Assembly (NCBI GenBank): GCA_963666835.2 | Contig: CAXXGO010000005.1 | Span: 244,222-308,221 of the forward strand | Length of the DNA: 64,000 nucleotides | Direction of reading: 5' to 3' | Source: Phycisphaerae bacterium | Lineage (GTDB): Bacteria; Planctomycetota; Phycisphaerae; UBA1845 | In this document: positions 52,533 through 61,752 of the stretch, piece by piece | Position numbering within the stretch: position 1 is the first letter of the stretch | How the letters are laid out: each line of letters starts with the position of its first letter | The notes under the pieces: model-generated | The model's input: only the letters and a program-made list of their open reading frames with translations | The model's database searches: none | What the model was told of the DNA's origin: nothing | Translations under genes and position numbers: made by a program

Positions 52533-53821
52533 CAGACGTCACCCTCCATCGTGTCCGCAAACGGATCCGGCGCCGGCTCCAGAATCTCCTCGCCTTCCTG
52601 CGGCTCGGGTATGCCGAGCGTCGCGTACGCGTACGCTTTGGGTATGGCCACCCCGGCCGCTTGGGCCTTGGCGAACAGGTCCGCCGCCGCCGTTCGATCG
52701 ATTACCTCGGGCTTCACCCGCCGGAAGTGGGGCAGGGGCACATCGCGATAGAACCGGGCCCGGCACATCGGCTCGAATATCTGCTTGCGCACCGTGGCCG
52801 CCTCCGCCGCCAGGTCGTCGTCGCGCAGGTCCTCGCGGACTTCGTTCTGCACGCTCGCCGCCGCGTGGGTCCCCGTCCCTCCGGTGGTATCCGCCACCAG
52901 GTTCCCGCCCAGCCACAGCTTGGCCTTGGCCCGGTCACACGCCGCCATCAGGGCCTCGTACGGGGCGGTGCCACTGCGCTGGCTCGACTCGATCATCTCC
53001 ACGTTTACGGCTTGCGAGAACACCCCCCACGCTCGCGCCCCCAGGTGTTTCATCCAGAGGGCCAGCTCGCGTTTTTCCTCGGTGGTCGCGGTCGGTTGAT
53101 ATCGCGCGACCCGCACCGGCATCCCGAAGATCTCGACGTATTGCGACCAGTTCATTATCCCCATGTGCCCGACCAGATAGGGCAGCAGGGCGGCCCGGGC
53201 GATCGCCGGTCGCAGTGGTTGATACAGGTTCTTCGTCGGCGAGTGGACCACCCACTTCGGCCCGACGGCCGCGATCCCGAGCCGCTCTTCGGCGGTCATT
53301 ACCCGGATAACTCCCGGCTCGCGGGCATCCATCCGCAGCCGATCGACCGGCACCGGGTTAAGCTCGACTATCCGGCTGCCGTCCCACACCAACTCGACCA
53401 CCGCCAGGTTATCTCCGATCGCCCGGGCCAGGTGCTTGAGTCCCGGCCCGAACGTCTCGATCGTCGCCAGTTGCCCGCGTACGTATTCCGCCGCGTCATC
53501 GGCCAGGGCCTGATCGGCTCCCTCTTCCACTTCGCTCGCGCTGATCACCTCGAACTCAAGTCCGGTGAGCGCTCCCCGTCGTGTGTTGGACACCGAGAAC
53601 AGGGTCGCATCCTCTTCGACGTCGGCATAGAGCTGCAGCCCCATGGCCAGGTTCCCGGCGTCGGCCGCCTCGATCGTGCTGCGTATCTTTGTCACCGTGA
53701 GCGATCGGGTCAGGTATTCGGCCAGCCCATCCACCGTCAGATCCGGCACCACCAACCGCCCGGGGCTCGGCGGCCGCCACCACTGCCGCACCGTGTCGAC
53801 TATCCGCGACGTAAAACTCAC
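52532..53821 (-). CDS. Portal protein (Mu gp29 / DUF935-like)
   Basis: ADAGN, WSQYVEIFGMPVRVARY, KLWLGGNL, GTHAAASVQNEVREDL; GTGA overlap with terminase stop. Confidence 0.93.
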   Translation of the reverse strand: MSFTSRIVDTVRQWWRPPSPGRLVVPDLTVDGLAEYLTRSLTVTKIRSTIEAADAGNLAMGLQLYADVEEDATLFSVSNTRRGALTGLEFEVISASEVEEGADQALADDAAEYVRGQLATIETFGPGLKHLARAIGDNLAVVELVWDGSRIVELNPVPVDRLRMDAREPGVIRVMTAEERLGIAAVGPKWVVHSPTKNLYQPLRPAIARAALLPYLVGHMGIMNWSQYVEIFGMPVRVARYQPTATTEEKRELALWMKHLGARAWGVFSQAVNVEMIESSQRSGTAPYEALMAACDRAKAKLWLGGNLVADTTGGTGTHAAASVQNEVREDLRDDDLAAEAATVRKQIFEPMCRARFYRDVPLPHFRRVKPEVIDRTAAADLFAKAQAAGVAIPKAYAYATLGIPEPQEGEEILEPAPDPFADTMEGDV

Positions 53822-55155
53822 CACGCCCCCTCCGCAAAGCACAACTCGTCCCCGAACATCGCCTCCACCGGCCCCACGTTGTCCGCCGCCACGAAGACCG
53901 CCAGGGCCAGCGCCCAGAACCTATCCGCGTGCGAGCCTTCCTTGCGGGTCGCCCGCAGCCGCACGTGTCCGTCAATCGTGACGCTCTTCTCGACGCTGTG
54001 CAGGTCCTGCCGGATCAGCCGATCGACCGGTATGGTCAGCAGTTGCCCTTCCATCTTCACCCGCAGCTTGGCCCCCAGGGCCTCTTTCACGTTGGCCGAG
54101 AACGTGTGCGGCTCCACCCGATTGGCCCCGAAGGCGAAGACCAGGTCCTCCGCCAGTTGCATCCCCAGCCCGGAATTGTCGATCGCACACTTGCGCACCG
54201 CCCGGCATTTGAGCACTTTCGAAAGCGTTTCGAACTGCTCTCGAAACGGCTTCGCTTTCAGTTCGATCAGCCCCAGCGTGCGCAGTTGTTCGCCCACCGC
54301 CTCCAGGGCCCAGATCACCGTCAAGTCGTGGTGCCGGCCGATGTCGACCCCGACCAGCACGTCCCCCTTGTGCTCCGCCAGCTCCTTAAGATCGAGCGTC
54401 CGCGGGCACGCTTCGTCCTCGCAGGCCCGGATCATGTCGAGCGTGATAAACGCCGACGCCTCATCGACGAACTCGCAGAGAAACTCCTGGCGATAGAGCA
54501 GCTCATCGCCCATCGCCTCGCGCAGTTCCTCGACGTCAATGCCTGTCAGGCCCTGCTCTACCGCGTCGTTGATCGTCAGCGTGTTGTGGGCGAACTGGCT
54601 GTTGTCGGCCAGCTCATAGAACTTGTTCAACTTGCCGCGTGGGGTGGAGGCCACATCCAGCTCCCCGCCGCCGCGCATGACTGACGGGAACATCGCCCCC
54701 CAGATCTCCCGGTCGTACGCGTGCATCGCGAACTCATCGAGGAACACATCCCCGGTGAATCCCCGAGCCGTCTCCGGGTTCGCCGGCAGCCCGATGATCC
54801 GGATTCCTGCTTCCGGCAGATCAATCTCGTACTGATTGTACTTGGCTCCGTCGAACATCCCCGCCTCGCGCTCGGAGTACTTGAAGGCCAGATCCAGCCC
54901 CTGGCAGTGTTGTTTGGCTTTCATGATCACTTCGCGGCTCTGGCGTCCGCCGGCCGATAGGATCAACTGGTTGCGTTTGCGGGCGATGCCCCGCACGATC
55001 CGCCGAAAGGTCAGCCCGAAGCTCTTACCTGTCTGCCGCGACCAGCAATGCCACCCGAAACGTGCGTCACTCAACACCACCTCGCGCTGGTAGGGCAGCA
55101 GCACGTCGTTCAGGATCATGGTGAGCGGATCGACAACTCGCACAGGCTCAGCCAT
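53818..55155 (-). CDS. Terminase large subunit (Mu gp28-like)
   Basis: LLPYQ, SRQTGKS, LPANPETARG, FLDEFA, STPRG, QEFLCEF, GVDIGR, HADRFWALALA. Confidence 0.96.
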   Translation of the reverse strand: MAEPVRVVDPLTMILNDVLLPYQREVVLSDARFGWHCWSRQTGKSFGLTFRRIVRGIARKRNQLILSAGGRQSREVIMKAKQHCQGLDLAFKYSEREAGMFDGAKYNQYEIDLPEAGIRIIGLPANPETARGFTGDVFLDEFAMHAYDREIWGAMFPSVMRGGGELDVASTPRGKLNKFYELADNSQFAHNTLTINDAVEQGLTGIDVEELREAMGDELLYRQEFLCEFVDEASAFITLDMIRACEDEACPRTLDLKELAEHKGDVLVGVDIGRHHDLTVIWALEAVGEQLRTLGLIELKAKPFREQFETLSKVLKCRAVRKCAIDNSGLGMQLAEDLVFAFGANRVEPHTFSANVKEALGAKLRVKMEGQLLTIPVDRLIRQDLHSVEKSVTIDGHVRLRATRKEGSHADRFWALALAVFVAADNVGPVEAMFGDELCFAEGAW

Positions 55156-55633
55156 TGCCGTCCCCCTTCGTCGCGTTGTAGTGCTCCAACAGCTCCGTCA
55201 TCACCGCCCCCGGATCCAACGTCACCTTGGCCGCCTCCTCGCGTTCACGTTGGGCCTCCGCCTCTTCGTGCTTTGCCTTCAGTTCCAGCATCCGGCCCAC
55301 AAACCGATCAAACATCGCCGCAGTGCGCAGCAACTTCGTGTCGTCACTGAGGGCCTGCTCGATACACATCCGCAGCAGGTCCAGCACCTTCGGCCCCAGC
55401 TCCTCCGCCCCGCCCGCTAACATCTCCGCGAACCGCGTCAAAGGCGCCAGCATTACGCGGTTCTTGTACTTCTTCCCAAGCGCTTGCAGCGACCGCCGCT
55501 TGCTCTCGGGTATGCCCAGCGCCCGCATCACCGCGCTCGGCTGCCACCCCTCGTAGAACAGCTCGTTCGCGCGATCCCAGGTCTCTACCCCCAGCGGTTT
55601 TGCCCAACGCGGAATGTCTGCGGCCTTGGCCAT
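55148..55633 (-). CDS. Putative terminase small subunit (Mu gp27 position)
   Basis: N-terminal HTH-like segment, helical; immediately upstream of the large terminase. Confidence 0.6.
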   Translation of the reverse strand: MAKAADIPRWAKPLGVETWDRANELFYEGWQPSAVMRALGIPESKRRSLQALGKKYKNRVMLAPLTRFAEMLAGGAEELGPKVLDLLRMCIEQALSDDTKLLRTAAMFDRFVGRMLELKAKHEEAEAQREREEAAKVTLDPGAVMTELLEHYNATKGDGNG

Positions 55634-55636
55634 CGT

Positions 55637-55942
55637 TTACGGCTCCAACGCCGGATCCACGTTGATCCGGTTAGCGATCTCGTTACCGGTTGCGGTCAGC
55701 TTGTAGAGTCGCCGCGACCACTGCTGGAACCTCTTCTCGTTCGTCCACTCGACGTACCCCTTATCGATCAGGTACGTCAGATCGCACTTGACGCACTCTT
55801 CGTCGGGCAGTTGCAGATGCAGCAGGGCCATGCAGATCGATTCGAACCCGAACGGGCCGATGTGGTACATCGTTTTCAGGGCTCGCAGAATCTCGCGTCG
55901 CGCCTGCTTGATCATCGCCGCCTTGGCCTCTTCTGCATTCAT
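55637..55942 (-). CDS. Mu gp26-like winged-helix protein
   Basis: RREILRAL...DLTYLIDKGYV...KLTATG.E. Confidence 0.8.
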   Translation of the reverse strand: MNAEEAKAAMIKQARREILRALKTMYHIGPFGFESICMALLHLQLPDEECVKCDLTYLIDKGYVEWTNEKRFQQWSRRLYKLTATGNEIANRINVDPALEP

Positions 55943-56304
55943 TCCGGCGCCTCCGTTTTTCGCTCGATCGCGTTGGCCACCCGGTTCAGCGATCCGCTAA
56001 TCCCCAAGGTTGCGTCTAGCTTCCCGGCCATCTCCCGGACCAACTCGCGCGTGGTATCCAGGCTGTGTTGTTGCGACGTCACCACCCGCACCCAGTCCGC
56101 GTGCGACACCTTGCCTTGCTCCACGGCTCTCAGGCGCGCCTCTTGGTTTTCCATGTGCGTCTTGTGCCCATCCAGCCGCTGGCTGGTGGTCCGCTGATAG
56201 TCCCGAACATTCGCGGCCAGGGCTCGCAGATACAGTCCCACCAGCCCCAACGGCAGCCCCACAATCGCCACCAACAGCCCGTAATGCCCCAGCGTCAGTG
56301 TCAC
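55939..56304 (-). CDS. Mu gp25-like membrane-anchored coiled-coil protein
   Basis: N-terminal TM then coiled coil; position. Confidence 0.7.
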   Translation of the reverse strand: MTLTLGHYGLLVAIVGLPLGLVGLYLRALAANVRDYQRTTSQRLDGHKTHMENQEARLRAVEQGKVSHADWVRVVTSQQHSLDTTRELVREMAGKLDATLGISGSLNRVANAIERKTEAPE

Positions 56305-56561
56305 GCCCGCGTCTCCTCTCCCGGGTCCTCTCCGCCCGTAGCGCAGGCATCCAGCCCGCCTCCCCCCGCATCCGAGCCCGCCCTTTCAAGGGCGGCGGCG
56401 GCAGCAGTGGGGCTGGTCTGCCCCTTCGGTTTCACCCGCGCAATCACGACAATCCCGCGGCCGTCCGGGTCCTGCTCATCGGGGAAAATGTCGAGTTCCA
56501 GCCCGGGAAACTCGCTCCGCACCACGTGGGCCAGCTCCTTGCACAGCAGCATTTTCGTCAC
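56301..56561 (-). CDS. Small phage protein with repeat-derived C terminus
   Basis: Stop overlaps next start; last third is encoded by two palindromic elements. Confidence 0.5.
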   Translation of the reverse strand: MTKMLLCKELAHVVRSEFPGLELDIFPDEQDPDGRGIVVIARVKPKGQTSPTAAAAALERAGSDAGGGGLDACATGGEDPGEETRA

Positions 56562-56805
56562 GGGTCACCGCCATCATCCACGGCCCCACCTCCCGCACGC
56601 GTAGAGCCCGATCCATCGACCGCAGCAGCGCCAGCGCCACCCTTCTCCCCGCGCTGTCCGAGCCCGCCCTTTCAAGGGCGGCGGCAGCAGTCGGGGCGGG
56701 CTGTTCCACCCGGCCGATCCGGCACCCGCACCCCGTCTCTGCCGGGGCTCCCCCGCCCGCCCCCGGCCCCAGCGGCACCTGTTTTTCCAGCCGTTGGCCC
56801 GTCAT
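56476..56805 (-). CDS. Small phage ORF containing an in-frame palindromic element
   Basis: ATGA overlap at 56802-56805; 3' end uncertain. Confidence 0.4.
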   Translation of the reverse strand: MTGQRLEKQVPLGPGAGGGAPAETGCGCRIGRVEQPAPTAAAALERAGSDSAGRRVALALLRSMDRALRVREVGPWMMAVTRDENAAVQGAGPRGAERVSRAGTRHFPR

Positions 56806-57323
56806 CGATCCCACTCCCTCGGCAGGTCGAACAGCAGCCCCTGCCCGTTCTGCCGCTCCGCCACGGCCCGGTTCACCCGGGCCATCCGCACGAACCGAAA
56901 CACCGTCTTGGCGTTCTCGGCCGCCTTGAACTCCGCCCACTCCGCCGCGGACCGGGCCAGCCAGTACCCGTGCCCGTCCGAGCAGAACTTCAGGCCCATG
57001 TGGTCTCGCCCGAACCGGACCGCCTCGCGAATCCGTCGTCGGATCGACTCGTGCTTTCCGTCGAGCCCCAGTTCCCGGCCCAGCGTGATCCCCAACACCG
57101 GCTCGGCCACCTCGCGGATCCGCGGCTCGATCCACTCCGCCCGTTCGCGTCTGACCTCCTCAGTGGTCTTGCCCATCGCATCGCTCGCCCCGTCCCGCAC
57201 CACGTCCACGTGCACGGTGCGAATCTCGTGCAGCCATGCCGCCAGCGCGGCACAGCCCGGCAGTGCCAGCATACCGGCACATGCCCAAACCCCTAGAAAT
57301 ACCGCCCCTTGTCGGTGTGCCAT
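56802..57323 (-). CDS. Winged-helix-like phage protein; the N-terminal 49 aa may be a separate small lipoprotein
   Basis: RRIREAV...GLKFCSDGHGYWLA; LPGC lipobox-like motif upstream of internal MGKTT. Confidence 0.65.
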   Translation of the reverse strand: MAHRQGAVFLGVWACAGMLALPGCAALAAWLHEIRTVHVDVVRDGASDAMGKTTEEVRRERAEWIEPRIREVAEPVLGITLGRELGLDGKHESIRRRIREAVRFGRDHMGLKFCSDGHGYWLARSAAEWAEFKAAENAKTVFRFVRMARVNRAVAERQNGQGLLFDLPREWDR

Positions 57324-57359
57324 ACCATGTCACTCCTTGCGTTTGGTGGTTAATGGCAG

Positions 57360-57720
57360 CGTCGGCGGTGGGCGTCCTTGCCGCCCTCCTGGCACCGCCG
57401 CCGCCGCTGCTTCGTCGTCGTAGCGCAGGCCGGGTGGCCCATCGCTTTAGCGGTGGGGGGACTCGAATGCCCAACTTGTTGGCCCGTGTCCTGCCGCGCT
57501 TCAATTATGGAGAGAGCCCGCGGGCCGCGGGCCGGCGTTTGGGATGCCCGCGGACTCGTTGGAAGTTCTGCGGCGGCGCGGGTCCGGTCGCCCCGATCCC
57601 CGCGCCGCCTTCTCAAAGGAGTTTTTCTGTGCTTCCCCCCTTACCAAGGGGGGGCTCGGGGGGGTCTGCTCACCCGAGCCCGGCATATCCGAGCCGTCCC
57701 TTTCAAGGGGCGCGGCGGCA
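57360..57720. repeat. Dense cluster of palindromic elements from at least five families
   Basis: GTAGCGCAGGC (57420), GGGTGGCCCATCGCTTTAGCGGTGGG (57432), CCAACTTGTTGGCCCGTG (57471), CCCCCCTTACCAAGGGGGG (~57635), CCCTTTCAAGGG (~57698). Confidence 0.8.
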
Positions 57721-58106
57721 TCCCCGTTTCGCGGCGCGCAAACCAAGGGCCAGCGTAAGTGTTCGCACCCACGCCGACCCTGGCCGGAGGGGAAAGAAGC
57801 CGCTCGCGGTTCCGGTCGCGGCCGCCTTCCCGTTCGTATTGCCTGTACCTACAGTAACCACCATCCCTGGTGTTCTCCTTGTTGTCGCGTTCCGTCGCGC
57901 AACAAAAAAGGCCAAGAGCGCAGACTGCCCGTCATGCGGGCCACTCTGCGCTCCCGGCCTGTCAACTGTCGGTCGGGTTGCCCTGTTGGCTTGGCTTAAG
58001 CCTCAGGCTCTTTCAATGTGCGTGTCGCTTCGCGGCGGTCTCACTCACCGCTAAGTTTTTCGGTCGCTCGGCGGCAGTCTCACTCCCCGCCAAGCTGCGG
58101 CAGCCC

Positions 58107-58136
58107 CTTCTAGCCGCCCCCCCAAACCCCTGTCAA
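58107..58136 (-). promoter_or_regulatory. Candidate sigma70 promoter for late operon
   Basis: Minus strand TTGACA-N18-TAGAAG upstream of the late genes. Confidence 0.45.
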
Positions 58137-58227
58137 GAACAAAATCCAAACTTTCTCCCCCCGCTCCCCGAGCCCGCCCTTTCAAGGGCGGCGGCTTCCG
58201 TAGCACAGGCTTCCAGCCTGCCGAATG

Positions 58228-58770
58228 CTACGCCTCTTCTGCATCCTCGCCCTTGTCCCAATGCGGCGGATGGGTCTTCAGACTGGTGTCCTCCCATCTC
58301 TTGAACATCTTCGCGAGGTTGCGTTCGCTGACGAACAGGCTCGCCAGCAACATCCCAACTGCTGCCCCCGCAAGCGCGATGCACATGTAGATGGCCCAAC
58401 ACTCCTTCCTCAACCCGAACGTGAGTTGCGCCACCGCCGCCACCAAGCACAGCAGCACCGCCAGGTACAACAGCTTGCTCAGCCGCGCCAGCGTTCCATA
58501 GTGTGTCGCTTGCGGGTTTACCGCTCGCCGCCGTTGCATCCGCTTGATGTACGCCTCACTGTCGTACAACCCTTCCTTCATCGTCACCACGATAAAGGTC
58601 TTCAGCGACAGCAAGAACCCCGCCACCGTCAGAAACGCCACGAAGAACCCCATCCGCAGGTCCTCGCCGTACACCTCCCGAAGCTTGTCCTCTTCGATCA
58701 GGCTGGCCGCCCACCCCGCGCCTGCCCCGCAGGCCACGGTCACCAAGATAACGAGTCCCCACGCCTTCAT
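58228..58770 (-). CDS. Multi-pass membrane protein (cargo gene 2)
   Basis: About 4 TM segments; GFLLSLKTFIVV...LYDS..Y loop; ATGA overlap with upstream gene. Confidence 0.85.
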   Translation of the reverse strand: MKAWGLVILVTVACGAGAGWAASLIEEDKLREVYGEDLRMGFFVAFLTVAGFLLSLKTFIVVTMKEGLYDSEAYIKRMQRRRAVNPQATHYGTLARLSKLLYLAVLLCLVAAVAQLTFGLRKECWAIYMCIALAGAAVGMLLASLFVSERNLAKMFKRWEDTSLKTHPPHWDKGEDAEEA

Positions 58771-59604
58771 GACACCTGCAGGAGCGGATGGTCCTTGTAT
58801 TCCAGTATCGCCCGCATCAACCTGCTCTCTACGAACTTGTCTATCCTTACCGTTTCCACCATTTCATCATAGTCGAACCGCTCGAAAATTTCCTTATTAT
58901 CTCCAAGAACGTGCGTGGTTTCCAGATCGTCCGCGTCGATCCCCGTCACACTCACCCGTCTCGGCTTGTCCCGCTTATACAACCGCCTGACTGTCGTCCA
59001 TACTCGCGGGGTCTTCGCGCCCTTGCAGAACGTCCACTCCACCTTCTTGGAACGCAGGTCTCCCTCGGCGAAACCGTCATCGTCTGCATCGACCACCTCA
59101 ATGGTCTCTCGATACGCTTTCAGTCTAACGTAATGCGCTTCGAGCTGCTTCATCCCCATCTGCGTCTGCATCGGGTTGCACTTCGCGTACTTCCGCAGCT
59201 TCTCCTCTCGCTTTTCGCTCATCTCTTCCGCATACTCAGTGAATCGCGATTTCAACAGCCCGCCGAAATACCGCAGCCCCGTCCCACTTCCCTGGTACGC
59301 CCGTGAACACGAACGCACCGTTGTCATGTCGCACAAAGAAGTTGTTGGCCTCCGAGAGGCCCTCTGCCGTGACAACCTGCAGCGTCGCCGGCTCCCCTTC
59401 CTTCCTCTGCAACTGCAGCATGTTCTTCCTGTTCGTCGAAAAACAGTTGAGTCCCTTGGTAATGCCCTCCTCCACCTTCACGTGGATGAACCGCGATCCC
59501 TTCTCCATCGTGTCTTTGTTCCGCGTCTCCATCCACCTCCAGAACGCTTTCTGCTCCGCCCAATCGGGCAGCTCAAACCGGCCGGCCAACACCTTGATTT
59601 TCAT
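58767..59604 (-). CDS. Soluble ~278-aa cargo protein, apparent frameshift at ~59300
   Basis: ORFs 59236-59604 and 58767-59375 join as ...GAFVFTAYQGSG... if one G is removed. Confidence 0.72.
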
Positions 59605-59641
59605 GCGGGTCTCTCGCTTTCGGTTTCCGACTTGTCGTTAT

Positions 59642-59902
59642 CTACGACGCTGTTATTTTCTCTGTCTCAGCCCCCGACTCCCGGTCGCACCAAACCCCGC
59701 AAGGGGCTCCCCCCGCCCTCATCAACTCCGCCACCAGCCGCTCCGCGCCCGCCGGATCAAACGCTCCCGTCCGCTCCACGATCCTCCGCATCGCCCGCCG
59801 CAGCCGCTCCGTCTGGTTCACTGTCCGGCGTGCCGGCTCAATCGCCAATATCCGTGCCGACCGATCCCAATCGTCCCCGCAAGTGTACTCGTGCGTGACC
59901 AT
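59642..59902 (-). CDS. Small phage hypothetical protein
   Basis: GGAG RBS, co-oriented. Confidence 0.5.
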   Translation of the reverse strand: MVTHEYTCGDDWDRSARILAIEPARRTVNQTERLRRAMRRIVERTGAFDPAGAERLVAELMRAGGAPCGVWCDRESGAETEKITAS

Positions 59903-59916
59903 GCTCCGCCATTCAC

Positions 59917-60378
59917 CTAATTAGGTGAACGCTCCTCCAACTGTCTACTGATCCGCTCCAGCAGTCGCACCCCCTTCGCTTGGGTGGCCCACATCCCTGC
60001 CACGCCGCGCATCATTGCACCGCTCACGTAGAACATCCCCAACCCCATCAACCCGACAATGACCCACACTGCCTGCCCTGCTATTGCACCCAGGACCACA
60101 CCCCCCAGCATCCAAAGGACTCCCAGAGCCACGAGTTCCTTGTAGAGCCGCGACAGAAGGACGATCCCGCGTTCCATTGACCGCTCCAGATCTGCCATCC
60201 GTTCCCCTTCGCGTGCTCGCGCCGCGTGCCCCCTTGCCTCCGCGGCACTCATCCGCGGTACAGGCTCTTTCACACGGGTTTGTGTGGGCGTCGCCGCCGG
60301 CAGCTTCGCCCCGCACACCACGCACACCTTCGCCCCATCCACATTTGGCTCCCCGCATTCCTTGCATACAATCGCCAT
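59917..60378 (-). CDS. Zinc-ribbon membrane protein
   Basis: CKECG...CVVCG, two TM helices, GGAGG RBS. Confidence 0.8.
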   Translation of the reverse strand: MAIVCKECGEPNVDGAKVCVVCGAKLPAATPTQTRVKEPVPRMSAAEARGHAARAREGERMADLERSMERGIVLLSRLYKELVALGVLWMLGGVVLGAIAGQAVWVIVGLMGLGMFYVSGAMMRGVAGMWATQAKGVRLLERISRQLEERSPN

Positions 60379-60588
60379 CCCGACCTCCGCCCAAAATAGT
60401 CCGTTTTTTGTCTTGACTAACCCTAACAGATGCCGTACATTTCAAGTGATGGTGGTCGGTCACACCATGCCAGCCGCACGCTGGGCCGGGGAAGGCCAAG
60501 GAATCGCCAGTCAAGGATGACGGCCCCGGCCCGTCAAGAAACGCTCGCGTCCCGGACGTTCTGTCTGGACGCTTGGGGGGGAATCACC

Positions 60589-60798
60589 ATGGACCGAACG
60601 TCGCTTCCTCTGTCGTTCGAGCGTCATCGCGCCCTTCGCGATCTCGCCCGTGACGCGGCTGCTCTTCGTTTCGAGCATATTATGCGCCTTCGCGACGCTG
60701 CTGCCTTCTGGGCTTCTTTCCCTCTCGATGTGCCTGCGCAGCTGCCGTCACCTCCGCCGCCGCCCGGCGTCCCCGTTCCGTCTCGCACCAACTGTTGA
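60589..60798 (+). CDS. Small hypothetical protein (MDRTSLP...)
   Basis: G-rich RBS-like run upstream; helical sequence. Confidence 0.4.
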   Translation: MDRTSLPLSFERHRALRDLARDAAALRFEHIMRLRDAAAFWASFPLDVPAQLPSPPPPPGVPVPSRTNC

Positions 60799-61000
60799 CT
60801 TCCGCCCAACCCGCCTTCTTCTCGTAGACTGCCCCGAGAAGCGGCATTAGGGTCGCCACCTGCGATTTATCGAGCAACTGGAACGCGGCCAGCCCAGCCA
60901 TCGCCATCATCGTATTGGGGTATCCAACCCTCAAGACGTCCCATGCCTTCGCCACGTCCGGGGGCAGATTGATGTTGATCTGTTCGCTTGACTTCGCCAT
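60680..61000 (-). CDS. Candidate repressor, ribbon-helix-helix-like
   Basis: MAKSSEQININLPPDVAKAWD strand-helix pattern; divergent from early genes. Confidence 0.55.
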   Translation of the reverse strand: MAKSSEQININLPPDVAKAWDVLRVGYPNTMMAMAGLAAFQLLDKSQVATLMPLLGAVYEKKAGWAEVNSWCETERGRRAAAEVTAAAQAHREGKKPRRQQRREGA

Positions 61001-61071
61001 GCGTGAGAGTTTCCGAATATTCTTCCGGAAAACAACTTGCCTCCAACTCCTACGGCGTGTAGACTTCCTAC

Positions 61072-61254
61072 ATGGAAGCACCGAATGGCGAACAACTCGG
61101 CGTTTACGTCCACGTGCGGGAGAAAGCCCGCACGCGGCGATCCGGCAATATCACGCTCAATTGGCTGACTCAAGGCGAGGCGCTCGCTGCCCTCCGGGCC
61201 CGCGAACGAACGCGAGCAACGCCGGATCCAACGGCTGATCAATCCTGGGCGTAA
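61072..61254 (+). CDS. Small early phage protein
   Basis: First rightward ORF after the divergent junction. Confidence 0.45.
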   Translation: MEAPNGEQLGVYVHVREKARTRRSGNITLNWLTQGEALAALRARERTRATPDPTADQSWA

Positions 61255-61283
61255 GCCGCGAGCCAAGAAGCGAGGGGGCACTA

Positions 61284-61493
61284 ATGCGTAGTCGCTACGC
61301 CAACGCGCATCAACGCCGCAAGGGCGTAACCATCAAGGTCATCGATAACGAGTCGTCAGACTCCTTCGCTCCTCGCTCGTATTCGTTCACCGTTTCGGCC
61401 CCCCGGGGCTCGTTTGCTCGGGTGGTCGATGTCGTGGCCACCGCGGTGGCCGCCCACTGGTCCGGCACGGACCGGCCGGCCCGCCGCCCTTAG
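61284..61493 (+). CDS. Small early phage protein
   Basis: GAGG RBS. Confidence 0.55.
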   Translation: MRSRYANAHQRRKGVTIKVIDNESSDSFAPRSYSFTVSAPRGSFARVVDVVATAVAAHWSGTDRPARRP

Positions 61494-61752
61494 TGAGTCT
61501 CACGCCGCCGGGACCGGCCCGGCGGCTTTCAGCGTGTCGCCCGTCGTGGCGGCAGTGTGATAGCGGATTATTGCGATGTGTTTTGTTTCGATATTTGAGA
61601 ACCAAACCCGACGTAGGGCCGATGCCCTTTTCAGTCATCGCATAGCCGCCTTCACCTGCCGCCTCGCGGGCCACCCTTTGCCTTAAGCGTACCGCGTCGC
61701 TAGCCGGATGCTACCGACGTTCAGCCCGAAAAGTCGGCAGGGAGGCCGCCCC

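Noticed and set aside
44038..55155. Contractile injection system or gene transfer agent
   Set aside because: No sheath or baseplate wedge genes; full Mu-type head module plus transposase indicates a prophage
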